14,643 bases of DNA, taken from positions 1 to 14,643 of the forward strand of contig JBGQMB010000023.1 in the NCBI GenBank assembly GCA_041500405.1. The letters are read 5' to 3'. This DNA comes from Candidatus Micrarchaeia archaeon (GTDB lineage: Archaea; Micrarchaeota; Micrarchaeia; Anstonellales; J096). The notes under the pieces were generated by a model that was given only the letters and a program-made list of their open reading frames with translations, was not told the DNA's origin and ran no database searches. Each line of letters begins with the position of its first letter. Within the stretch, counting starts at the first letter, position 1. This document shows, in pieces, positions 6,635 to 14,298 of this stretch. The translations under genes were made by a program, and so were the position numbers.

Positions 6635-7801
6635 ATGGACAAACCCCTGATGCCAAAGGAAGAGTTTCCGATATTCAAGAACAACCCAGGCTTGGTGTTC
6701 CTTGATTCCGCGGCCTCAACGCAAAAGCCCAAAGAGGTAATAGACGCAATGTCTGATTTCTATTCTTCCAGCTATGCCAATATCCACAGGGGCATGTACA
6801 AGCTCAGCGAGCAGGCAACAAACGCATACGAAAACGCAAGGAAAGCGGTTGCGTCCTTCATCGGCGCAAAGCCGGAGGAGATTGTTTTCACGAAGAACGC
6901 CACAGAATCATTGAACCTTGCGGCATACGTGCTTGAGCCGGACTCTTACGCCGTTTCGGTGATGGAGCACCACTCCAATTTCGTTCCGTGGCAGGTGATT
7001 GCAAGCCGCAGGAACAAAAGGATACATTATGTTGACATTGATGAAGAGGGATTCTTCAGGCAGCTTCCTAAAACAGGCCTGTATGCGCTTTCAGCGGCCA
7101 GCAACGTCCTGGGAACGCTCAACAACATGAAAGCCATTTGCAAAGAGATACGGGACAACAACGCAATTTCAGTCATAGACGCGACACAGGCCGTTCCGCA
7201 CGCATCCTTCAGCGTAAAGGACGTCGGATGCGACTTTGCCGCCTTTTCAGGCCACAAGATGCTCGGCCCAACGGGAATAGGCGTCCTGTACATCAGGGAC
7301 GGAGCGCTTGACAAGGCAAAGCCGTTCCTTTTCGGCGGGGACATGATAAGGTCGGTAGGCGTTGATGAAACGGTTTTCTCAAATGTCCCGTACAAGTACG
7401 AGGCAGGCACGCCCCCGATAGCCGAAACGGTCGGCCTTGCAAAGGCAATCGCAATACTGAAGAAGATAGGCATGGACAGGATAAAGAAGCACGAAATGAA
7501 GCTCACGGGATACGCGCTGGAGCGCATGTCCGAAATGAAGAACATAAGATATTACGGGCCAAGGGACGTGGCCAAAAAGGCCGGCGTCGTGGCTTTCAAC
7601 GTTGACAAAATGCATGCAAACGACGTTGCCTACTTCCTTAGCGCAAAGAACGTTGCGATACGGGGCGGGCACCACTGTGCCATGCCATTGCACAAAAGGC
7701 TTGGCATAACAGGCTCGGCAAGGGCAAGCTTCTACGTCTACAACGACAAGGAGGACGTTGATGCGCTCCTTGAGGCGCTAAAAACGATAGGATTCAGGTG
7801 A
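6635..7801 (+). CDS. sufS: Cysteine desulfurase, group II (SufS-type)
   Basis: FLDSAASTQKP, YANIHRG, MEHHSNFVPWQ, SGHKMLGPTGIG (PLP Lys), EAGTP, and RGGHHCA (group II catalytic Cys motif). ATG 6635 preferred over TTG 6620 because of the TATA position. Confidence 0.93.
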   Translation: MDKPLMPKEEFPIFKNNPGLVFLDSAASTQKPKEVIDAMSDFYSSSYANIHRGMYKLSEQATNAYENARKAVASFIGAKPEEIVFTKNATESLNLAAYVLEPDSYAVSVMEHHSNFVPWQVIASRRNKRIHYVDIDEEGFFRQLPKTGLYALSAASNVLGTLNNMKAICKEIRDNNAISVIDATQAVPHASFSVKDVGCDFAAFSGHKMLGPTGIGVLYIRDGALDKAKPFLFGGDMIRSVGVDETVFSNVPYKYEAGTPPIAETVGLAKAIAILKKIGMDRIKKHEMKLTGYALERMSEMKNIRYYGPRDVAKKAGVVAFNVDKMHANDVAYFLSAKNVAIRGGHHCAMPLHKRLGITGSARASFYVYNDKEDVDALLEALKTIGFR

Positions 7802-7805
7802 AGAG

Positions 7806-8186
7806 ATGGCGGATTCTGACATCTATGACAAATACATCGGCATATTCAACGAAAAAAGGCACATGGGCAAGCTTGAGGGCCCGGATGTCATAACGGCCGA
7901 GTCTTATGTCAGCTGCGCAGACAACATAAGGATACACTTAAAGATAAAAAACAGCAAGATTGAGGACGCGTCATACGAGCGCGTGTCCTGCTTTGTCGGC
8001 GTTGTGGTATCATCAATGATAATGGAGGATATAATCGGAAAGCCCGTGAGCCACCTTAATGAGATAGACATTCCATATGTAAACAAGCTGATGGGCGTTG
8101 ACGTGACAACAAATTTTCAGATGAAGGGATGCGCGGAGCTTCCAATAGCCGCGATAAAGGAGGCAATCAAGAAGATAAAGAAGTGA
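7806..8186 (+). CDS. sufU: SufU/IscU-like (NifU N-terminal domain) Fe-S scaffold or sulfur-transfer protein, divergent
   Basis: Directly after sufS with a GGTG RBS 5 nt upstream. Three Cys plus Asp in the expected spacing (SCAD, VSCF, KGCAEL). Confidence 0.75.
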   Translation: MADSDIYDKYIGIFNEKRHMGKLEGPDVITAESYVSCADNIRIHLKIKNSKIEDASYERVSCFVGVVVSSMIMEDIIGKPVSHLNEIDIPYVNKLMGVDVTTNFQMKGCAELPIAAIKEAIKKIKK

Positions 8187-8191
8187 TCCGT

Positions 8192-8602
8192 ATGAAAAAC
8201 ATGTTCGTTGCATTTGCATTGCTTTCCCTTTGCTTTTCGCAGGCTATGCCTTCCCAATACCAGGCATACGACGCCTCGACGATGCAGCTGCTTCAGGACG
8301 CTGAGTATTATGTCCAGGCCAACAACGGAACATATGTCAAAATGGACCCAAGCGATGTCAGCCCGGCGAACAGGATACTCCTTTACTCGCCTTCAAAGAA
8401 CCTTTGTGCCTGGCTTAACCCATTGGCGTCCCAGCAGCTCCTGTACCCATGCAAAGAGAGCATGGGGCAGATGTACAGCGTATGGGACATACCGCAGATA
8501 GGCATAGAGTACGGGATAGGGCTTATCTCGTCCGGAATGATAATCTTCGCTGTGGTAATGCTGTTCCTGCTTTGGTTCCTTTTCATCAGAAGAAGGGCCT
8601 GA
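8192..8602 (+). CDS. Small exported protein with signal peptide and C-terminal membrane anchor (136 aa)
   Basis: ATG 8192 with AAGTGA RBS overlapping the sufU stop. MKNMFVAFALLSLCFSQA signal-like N-terminus. C-terminal hydrophobic helix followed by RRRA. Confidence 0.75.
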   Translation: MKNMFVAFALLSLCFSQAMPSQYQAYDASTMQLLQDAEYYVQANNGTYVKMDPSDVSPANRILLYSPSKNLCAWLNPLASQQLLYPCKESMGQMYSVWDIPQIGIEYGIGLISSGMIIFAVVMLFLLWFLFIRRRA

Positions 8603-9472
8603 TTACCTTTTTACCGACTCGGAAAGCTTTTCCTTCACACTGACAAGGCCCAGGTCAGTCAAGTCCATTACGTATGTTTCAATGTCGTGGCCCGCAACCC
8701 TGCATCCGTCTATCCTTATTGTCCTTAGAAGGGAGCCGACCGGTATGTTGTAGAACATCTCCTCGTACTTGTTTTGCAGGACTTTCTTGTCCATGACAAT
8801 GGTCCCGTCCACTATGTGCGCCACCCCAAGCCCGCCAGCCGCCTCGGATGTCTGCGAGTCCTGGGACGACCTTTTCTGCGATACAAAGATTGCAGTCTGC
8901 TTCTTCTCCTTCATGAAGTTGAAGACCTGCCTCACCACCTGCCTGGCCTCCTTTTCCCTGTGTTCGTAAAGCCCGGTTATCGAGTCTATTATCGTTATGG
9001 TGCTCTTTTTCTTTTCCATGGCGTAGTTCATCAGGCCTATGAGCCTCCTGACATTGTCCCTGAGCGCGTCCTCCCTTGTTGCGTCTATGATTATGAAATT
9101 GTCCGTTATCTCGTCGAAGTTTATGCCCATCGCGTACGAGCGGGACAAAAGGCTCTTGTAAAGGAAATTGGACGGGTTCTCTGTCGTGACAATAAGCACT
9201 TTATAGCCCAATGACGCCTGCATTATGGCAAACTGCTCGACAAACACGCTTTTGCCGGTATCCGGTATTCCAACCACGTTCATTACGGAAAGATAGGGTA
9301 TCCCGCCAAGTATCTTTTTTACCGGCCTTTTTGATATCTCATCGTATTCCGTGATATAGAACATGTTGTCCAGCTTGGTGCCGGTCTTGACCCCGAAGAA
9401 CTTGGGCGCCCTGTCCTTGAGCTCGGAAAGGCTGTATACGAATCTGCCTTCCTTTCCCTCTTCAGGCTCCAT
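8603..9472 (-). CDS. Single-domain KaiC-like RecA-superfamily ATPase (resembles the AF_0795-type KaiC domain family)
   Basis: GVKTGTKLD, GGIP, Walker A GIPDTGKS, VTTE, Walker B IIDSITG, SQKR, AAGGLGVAHIVDGTI, RIDGCRVAGHD. Confidence 0.88.
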   Translation of the reverse strand: MEPEEGKEGRFVYSLSELKDRAPKFFGVKTGTKLDNMFYITEYDEISKRPVKKILGGIPYLSVMNVVGIPDTGKSVFVEQFAIMQASLGYKVLIVTTENPSNFLYKSLLSRSYAMGINFDEITDNFIIIDATREDALRDNVRRLIGLMNYAMEKKKSTITIIDSITGLYEHREKEARQVVRQVFNFMKEKKQTAIFVSQKRSSQDSQTSEAAGGLGVAHIVDGTIVMDKKVLQNKYEEMFYNIPVGSLLRTIRIDGCRVAGHDIETYVMDLTDLGLVSVKEKLSESVKR

Positions 9473-9481
9473 ATGCGCGCC

Positions 9482-9784
9482 TCACACCACGCTGAATTTT
9501 CCGCTCCTTACGTCCCTTCCGCTCTGAAGTTTCACCATGTATTCCCCGGCAGAAAGCGGCGCGGTATTGACCTTGAAGTTCTGTATGTTGCCGTCTGCGG
9601 CAATGCTAAACTCATTCACATTGTACTGGCCCAATATGGAGTAAATCAGGACATCAACATCTTTTCCTGGGGCCGCAGTGAACATGCATGTGACTGTTCC
9701 TCCCCTTATGACCTCAACAGGCTCAAGCTTCATGCTCCTTATGCTATGCGACACGCTGGGTTCAGGCTCAACTTTTCCGAACAT
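9482..9784 (-). CDS. 100-aa beta-rich Ig-like protein resembling a T9SS C-terminal sorting (Por secretion tail)/FlgD-Ig domain
   Basis: ATG 9784 with GGTG 5 nt upstream and TTTTTATAT box at about 9822-9814. Sequence VLIYSILGQ...PLSAGEYMVKLQSGRDVRSGKFSVV. Stop is 9 nt from the KaiC-like start. Confidence 0.7.
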   Translation of the reverse strand: MFGKVEPEPSVSHSIRSMKLEPVEVIRGGTVTCMFTAAPGKDVDVLIYSILGQYNVNEFSIAADGNIQNFKVNTAPLSAGEYMVKLQSGRDVRSGKFSVV

Positions 9785-9854
9785 ATTAACACCGTTTGGA
9801 TGTGAAGGAAAGGATATAAAAAACATCGGTTCGCGCCGCCTTTTTAAAGCGGAA

Positions 9855-9898
9855 ATGGGAAAAATGAAATAGTCCGGCCATTATTGCGCAATAGCCGG
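9855..9898 (-). terminator. Hairpin plus T-rich tract downstream of the coiled-coil gene
   Basis: CCGGC-cat-TATTGCGCAATA-GCCGG (9874-9898 on plus). On the minus strand it is followed by ACTATTTCATTTTTCCCATTT. Confidence 0.5.
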
Positions 9899-9915
9899 GA
9901 TTCTTTTCGCAGATC

Positions 9916-11856
9916 TCAGTGTCTAGTATCGTGCGAAGAAAACGTTTCCGGGGCAGCTCCTTCATTGAAATCGCTTTCAGGCTGGATTGGGGCCGCTTTT
10001 CTCGTCACTCTGAGGGCCCGCGTTTCCGGGGCAGCCGCTTCAATAGGTTCACTTTCCGGCTTGGGCGGGTTTATCCTGTTTTCCGCGTCTTTAATCAGTC
10101 CCCTGAATTGCAACACAAGGCCTTGGGCGTCCGGAGGCAGCCGTTCCTCGAATGCGCTGGCCCATTGCGAAAGCGTGGACAGAAGGCTGTTCATATCGCG
10201 CGTCAGCGTGTTGTGCGCTAGCCTCGATTTCTGCAGGTCCTCCTTGGTTTCGCCCAATTCCCTGACAACTGCAATCGGTGAATCTGCCCGCACGGTTTCG
10301 TCAGGGTGAGCTTCTGACCCGTGCCTTGTCTCGTCGTTAAGCTCGTTCCTAAGCTTCGAATTTTCGGCCGATAGAGTATTAACCTTTGTATCCATCTCGA
10401 CCAGCTGCTCATTCAGCTGCCCTATCTCCCTATCTTTCTCCTCAATCCGGTCTACTCCGTCCTGGATTACTCCTTCTTTGAATTTCAGCGTCTCATTCAG
10501 CGAGGCAATATTCAGGTTGAGCTGCTCAATGCCGGCAACGGCCTGGTTCATCTGCTCGATTTGCCTGCCGGCTGCCTCCAAGTCGGCTGTTAGCTCGGCA
10601 TTTTTAGATGCTTCAGTCGTCATATCCTCCATCAATTTGTCAAACTGCGTGCCAAGGTTTTCCAGCTGCTTGCTTAGCACATCCTCCCTTGCCGTGCCGG
10701 GCTTTCCCTGCAAGTCAGCAAGGTCCTTCCTGCCCTTGTCAAGCTGTTCCCTAAGCACCTTGTTGATGCTTTCCTGGGCGTGCAGCTCCTCTGCCAGCCT
10801 TGCCATTTCCCTTGCGTTATCCCCGGCCTTCGCGCCCTCCTGCTTTGCAAGGCTAAGTGTATACTCTATCTGCTTTATCCTCTCGGTGCGCTCATTGAGC
10901 AGGCGCTGCGCCGTCTGGAAAAGCTGGTTCTTGGCAGCAAGGGCCGTGTTCGCTTCCACAAGCTTGTCGTGGAAGTCCCTTGCCACATTGGATGCGTTCT
11001 TGGCTTGCGTCCGGTAGTCCTCCTGCGCCTTTGCGAGCTTTTTATTTACTTCCTCAACCTCGTGCTCCAGGTCCGCCACAAGCCCCTTCACATCGCCAAT
11101 GCCGGATTTCTTGAATATTATGCTCAGATCCTTGTCCCTGTCGCTTCTCCTGCTGTTCAGGTCCGTCAGCTCCCTTGTCAGGCCTGCAATAAGATCTATA
11201 TTGGCTTCAATCGCATCGCCGAGCTCGTTAACCAGCGCTCCGAGTTTTTCCTCGACCTTCCTTTCCTTTGCCAGCTGCTGGCTGATTTCCCTTTTCTGCT
11301 CGTTCAAATGCTTGATTGCGTCCTGCTTTTCATTGCGCATGGTCTGTAAGCTAGATATCATTTCATTCGGCTTATCCGGCTCCTTTTTAGCGCCGGTGTC
11401 CATGAAGCGGGCAAGCGCCCTTTCCGAAATTTTTTGCCGCCTGGTGAATTCCTCAAGAGACTTTATCGCGCCCTGCTTCTCAATTTCCCTTGCATGAATG
11501 AACGCTTGTATCTCCACCAGCTTAGCCTCAATATTTCCATTCTTCTTGCAGGAGTCGTTGTATGCGTTGACCGTAATATCGTAGTGCTGACCGAGCAGTT
11601 TCCTGTCATCATTGGCCGTGTCCAGGTCGTGCGATGCCGAAGCAATCTCCTGGTCTATCTTTTCGATGTCCCTTTCGCACATTAAAACAAGCTTTACGGG
11701 GTTTACGAACTTTATATGCCTTATTTTGCTTGACGGACCCAGTTCGGCGCTGTAGTCGTCTATCATATTCTTCCACTTCGTGGATATGCCAAAAAGCGCT
11801 CTCGGTTTGTCCGCCTGAACGCCTTTCTTGAGTTGGGATTTTGTTTTTACGGCCAT
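9916..11856 (-). CDS. Long coiled-coil protein (646 aa) with no recognisable ATPase motif and a Pro/Ala/Glu-rich tail
   Basis: GGTGA RBS 4 nt before the ATG and TTTAAAAA at 11902-11895. Heptad-like E/K/L/Q/A-rich sequence over most of the length. No Walker A motif or TM segment seen. Confidence 0.85.
   Translation of the reverse strand: MAVKTKSQLKKGVQADKPRALFGISTKWKNMIDDYSAELGPSSKIRHIKFVNPVKLVLMCERDIEKIDQEIASASHDLDTANDDRKLLGQHYDITVNAYNDSCKKNGNIEAKLVEIQAFIHAREIEKQGAIKSLEEFTRRQKISERALARFMDTGAKKEPDKPNEMISSLQTMRNEKQDAIKHLNEQKREISQQLAKERKVEEKLGALVNELGDAIEANIDLIAGLTRELTDLNSRRSDRDKDLSIIFKKSGIGDVKGLVADLEHEVEEVNKKLAKAQEDYRTQAKNASNVARDFHDKLVEANTALAAKNQLFQTAQRLLNERTERIKQIEYTLSLAKQEGAKAGDNAREMARLAEELHAQESINKVLREQLDKGRKDLADLQGKPGTAREDVLSKQLENLGTQFDKLMEDMTTEASKNAELTADLEAAGRQIEQMNQAVAGIEQLNLNIASLNETLKFKEGVIQDGVDRIEEKDREIGQLNEQLVEMDTKVNTLSAENSKLRNELNDETRHGSEAHPDETVRADSPIAVVRELGETKEDLQKSRLAHNTLTRDMNSLLSTLSQWASAFEERLPPDAQGLVLQFRGLIKDAENRINPPKPESEPIEAAAPETRALRVTRKAAPIQPESDFNEGAAPETFSSHDTRH
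9943..10035. repeat. 15-bp direct repeat CGTTTCCGGGGCAGC, encoding AAPET twice in the coiled-coil protein tail
   Basis: Identical copies at 9943-9957 and 10021-10035. Confidence 0.8.
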
Positions 11857-11932
11857 TTCATCACCAATTTTGTTATCTATTATGTGAATAAGTGTTTTTA
11901 AATGTTGGTTTTTGGCGGTTTGTTTATAAAGG

Positions 11933-12004
11933 AGCCCCCGGTGGTAATTGAAACCACGACCTACCGCTTACAAGGCGGTCGCTCTACCGCTGAGCTACGG
12001 GGGC
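11933..12004 (-). tRNA. tRNA-Thr(UGU), intronless, CCA not encoded
   Basis: GCCCCCG/CGGGGGC acceptor stem, GCTC/GAGC D-stem, ACCGC-CTTGTAA-GCGGT anticodon arm, GTGGT-TTCAATT-ACCAC T-arm. Discriminator U followed by CCT. TTTTAAAA box at 12039-12032. Confidence 0.95.
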
Positions 12005-12062
12005 CCATTACCAATACGGGTGCAGAAATCCTTTTAAAATAGCGTTTTCTGACGCCCTTCAG

Positions 12063-12950
12063 TCACTTATCCATCAGGACGTCCATCATTGAATAAACTT
12101 TGCCTTTTTCTCCTAGGATATGGCATCCCAATTTCCTATTCAGGTATTCAATTGCATCAATAGTCCCTGCCACATATACGTCTCTTCCGTTGACGTTGTG
12201 CGTGAAGCTGATCAGCACGCTGCGATCCGGAGATCTCAGGTCGTATGTGTGCCAGGCATGGCCATTCAGTGCATCTTCAGGAACGCCCATGGCGCGCTGC
12301 TTTTCAAGATCCCTTATCATATTTTTCCGCACGTCATCTTCTGTAAATGGAACTCCAAGCTTTTCGAAGTCGCCGCGAAGCGATAGTGCAGTTCCGCTTG
12401 GGTCCGGTTTTTTCTTCTGATGGCTCTCGACGATTTCCAGAGAATATTCTTTGAAAAGGTTAGGGAAATTCTTTGCAGCGAATTTTATCATTTCCTGGAA
12501 ACCGACTATCTGCTTTGCCATGTTCGTGGCAATGACTGCTATAATACCTGAATTGACAACGGTTTGCTCCAGGGCAATTCTGTCCCCGCCAGTTGTGCCC
12601 ATGACAAAATGCAGCCTGTGCCTGCCATAGAATTCGGCGTTTCCGTTCACTGCGACTGGCAGGGAATAATCAACGGAAATGTCAGGTTTTTCTGATTTCA
12701 AAACAGAGGCTGCGAATACCTCCCTTTCTTCAGGAGTGATTGGCTTTATGCCAAATCCGTTGACCTCGATAAGGCCTGCGCCGTTTCTCAGGCCTGCCAA
12801 GGAAGATTCAGGCCCTGTCAATGCATAAGGAAGCACTTCATACCTTTCTGATTCCAGCAGCTTTGGTATCAGCAGGGTCGCCATCTTGCCCATGCCGTTT
12901 ACCATCACTTTCAATTTCCTGTTTTCCGGTTTATTGAGTGTCGCGCTCAT
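12063..12950 (-). CDS. dapB: 4-hydroxy-tetrahydrodipicolinate reductase, plant-type DapB clade
   Basis: VMVNGMGKMA (Rossmann), VDYSLPVAVNGNAEFY, FVMGTTGGDR, NMAKQIV, ESHQKKKPDPSGTA (catalytic His/Lys), GHAWHTY, HNVNGRDVY. Start ATG 12950 is supported by TTTTTAAAC at 12980-12972. Confidence 0.88.
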   Translation of the reverse strand: MSATLNKPENRKLKVMVNGMGKMATLLIPKLLESERYEVLPYALTGPESSLAGLRNGAGLIEVNGFGIKPITPEEREVFAASVLKSEKPDISVDYSLPVAVNGNAEFYGRHRLHFVMGTTGGDRIALEQTVVNSGIIAVIATNMAKQIVGFQEMIKFAAKNFPNLFKEYSLEIVESHQKKKPDPSGTALSLRGDFEKLGVPFTEDDVRKNMIRDLEKQRAMGVPEDALNGHAWHTYDLRSPDRSVLISFTHNVNGRDVYVAGTIDAIEYLNRKLGCHILGEKGKVYSMMDVLMDK

Positions 12951-13071
12951 GCGCCTATTGTGTAATAAAATGTTTAAAAAGGTATGGGTGTTTTGGTTAA
13001 ACCGCCGTCGGATGCATCCCTGCATATGGTATTTTAAAGAGTTTTACGCACAACCACATAAGGTGCCAATA

Positions 13072-13536
13072 ATGAAAGCAATATTAGTTGTCTTGGCTTT
13101 GGGCCTTATGGGCCTCGGATTCTCGATAATGCATTCCAGCGCGACCAACACGTCGCCTATGGCTTGCCTTAGGGACTGCTGCGCAAATGCGTGCGGCAAC
13201 GGGCAGTGGGACTCGGACGGCGGGTTCTGCTCAGGGCCTTACGCAAGCACAGACGCGTGCACGTCGTGCCAGAGCAACTGCCGCGCAGGGGTCCAGCCTC
13301 ACATAGCAGGGGAGGGGACGACCACTGTTTATGCAAACGAAAGCGATAACACTTCAAAGAACGCGACAACGTCCGGAACAGGTACCGGCAACAAGACTAC
13401 AACCTCGTCCGGAACGGGCAACACAAGCGCAACGGCATCCAGCCAGGGATTCGTCCTTGATGGCCTGTGGATCGTGCTTGGCGTGATCCTTGCCATAATA
13501 GCGATTGTGATACTGGTGCTCGGATTCAAGCGCTGA
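13072..13536 (+). CDS. Membrane-anchored surface protein: signal peptide, 8-Cys domain, Thr/Ser/Gly/Asn stalk, C-terminal TM (154 aa)
   Basis: ATG 13072 with AGGTG RBS (13061-13065) and TTTTAAA (13032-13038). CLRDCCANAC...C...CTSCQSNC. Sequons NTS, NES, NAT, NKT. TM followed by KR. Confidence 0.8.
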   Translation: MKAILVVLALGLMGLGFSIMHSSATNTSPMACLRDCCANACGNGQWDSDGGFCSGPYASTDACTSCQSNCRAGVQPHIAGEGTTTVYANESDNTSKNATTSGTGTGNKTTTSSGTGNTSATASSQGFVLDGLWIVLGVILAIIAIVILVLGFKR

Positions 13537-13538
13537 AG

Positions 13539-14279
13539 TCAGGCAGGGCAGGCTGAATGCAGATGCCTGCTGCGGGAGCCCAGCTTGTGGCCATGAACCT
13601 TCGGGCGATAGCTGCTGCAGTACTGAAACTTATTGCGCCTGCGGTATTGAAGATGGATATCAAGGTTTGATTCTTTTGTTCCCAGGTCAGGCGCAAACGG
13701 AAGCCATAACCCGCTCCTGTGGTCCTCAGTATAGACGCCGCATAGGAACGGCGGCTTGGATAGATAAAGCTCCTTTATGCCATTGCATATGCCGACTGCC
13801 GAAATGTTTGTGTCATGCGCGAAGATGAACATCGTCTCTGTCCGTGACAGCCTCACAAGCTGCATTATGGCGTTGAAAAGCAAGGACGGGTCAACAAGTA
13901 TGTCTTTGAAGAATCCCCTTTTCCACTGCCTCATCGTCTCGCCATAGATTTCATGCTTGAATATATGGTTGTACCTCTTGCGCACTTCGCCGTCAAGGTC
14001 TTCCCTGTACACCCCCAAGGAATTCAGGCTTGGGTGCCTTGGGAGCATTACGATGTTTCCAAGTCCATATCCCTTTGCGAAACAGCCCCCTGTCTGGAAG
14101 CACCTTAGATACTCGCCTGTGATTATTGTTATAGGCTCAGACTCCAGTTTGTATCTCATTGTCATTCCTAAGATAGCCGAATCAGCTTTTCCTTTTTCAG
14201 TAAGAGGCATCCTGGGCACGTCTGCCTGCGAGATTATCTTCCTGCGCTCGGCATGCCGTATTATGAACAGACGCGTCAT
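13539..14279 (-). CDS. Histidine phosphatase superfamily protein
   Basis: Start ATG 14279 (MTRLFIIRHAER, an RHG-like motif), LTEKG, YLRCFQTG, FAHDTNI. TTTAAA at 14307-14302 in leaderless position. Confidence 0.85.
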   Translation of the reverse strand: MTRLFIIRHAERRKIISQADVPRMPLTEKGKADSAILGMTMRYKLESEPITIITGEYLRCFQTGGCFAKGYGLGNIVMLPRHPSLNSLGVYREDLDGEVRKRYNHIFKHEIYGETMRQWKRGFFKDILVDPSLLFNAIMQLVRLSRTETMFIFAHDTNISAVGICNGIKELYLSKPPFLCGVYTEDHRSGLWLPFAPDLGTKESNLDIHLQYRRRNKFQYCSSYRPKVHGHKLGSRSRHLHSACPA

Positions 14280-14281
14280 GG

Positions 14282-14298
14282 TTTTCTTGTCAAGAAAA
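14282..14298. promoter_or_regulatory. Inverted repeat between the TATA box and start codon of the phosphatase gene (candidate operator)
   Basis: TTTTCTTG-T-CAAGAAAA, a perfect 8-1-8 palindrome. Confidence 0.4.

Noticed and set aside
8603..9472. Circadian clock KaiC or RadA/RadB recombinase
   Set aside because: Single domain, no kaiA or kaiB nearby, and no RadA N-terminal domain. Motifs fit the stand-alone archaeal KaiC-like family.
9884..11831. Multiple long plus-strand ORFs opposite the coiled-coil gene
   Set aside because: Ser/Leu/Phe-rich antisense shadows of an E/K/Q-rich gene.
9916..11856. SMC/Rad50 chromosome segregation ATPase
   Set aside because: No N-terminal Walker A, no C-terminal signature or Walker B, and no CxxC hook seen.
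11931..11960. tRNA 3' end as an att site of an integrated element
   Set aside because: I found no convincing duplicate of the tRNA 3' end in the window (only GGAGCCCC near 3193, inside a gene) and no integrase.
13553..13660. Cys-rich plus-strand reading (ADACCGSPACGHEPSGDSCCSTETYCACG) resembling a metallothionein
   Set aside because: No ATG or RBS after the in-frame stop at 13508-13510. Likely a by-product of GCT/GCA-rich sequence.
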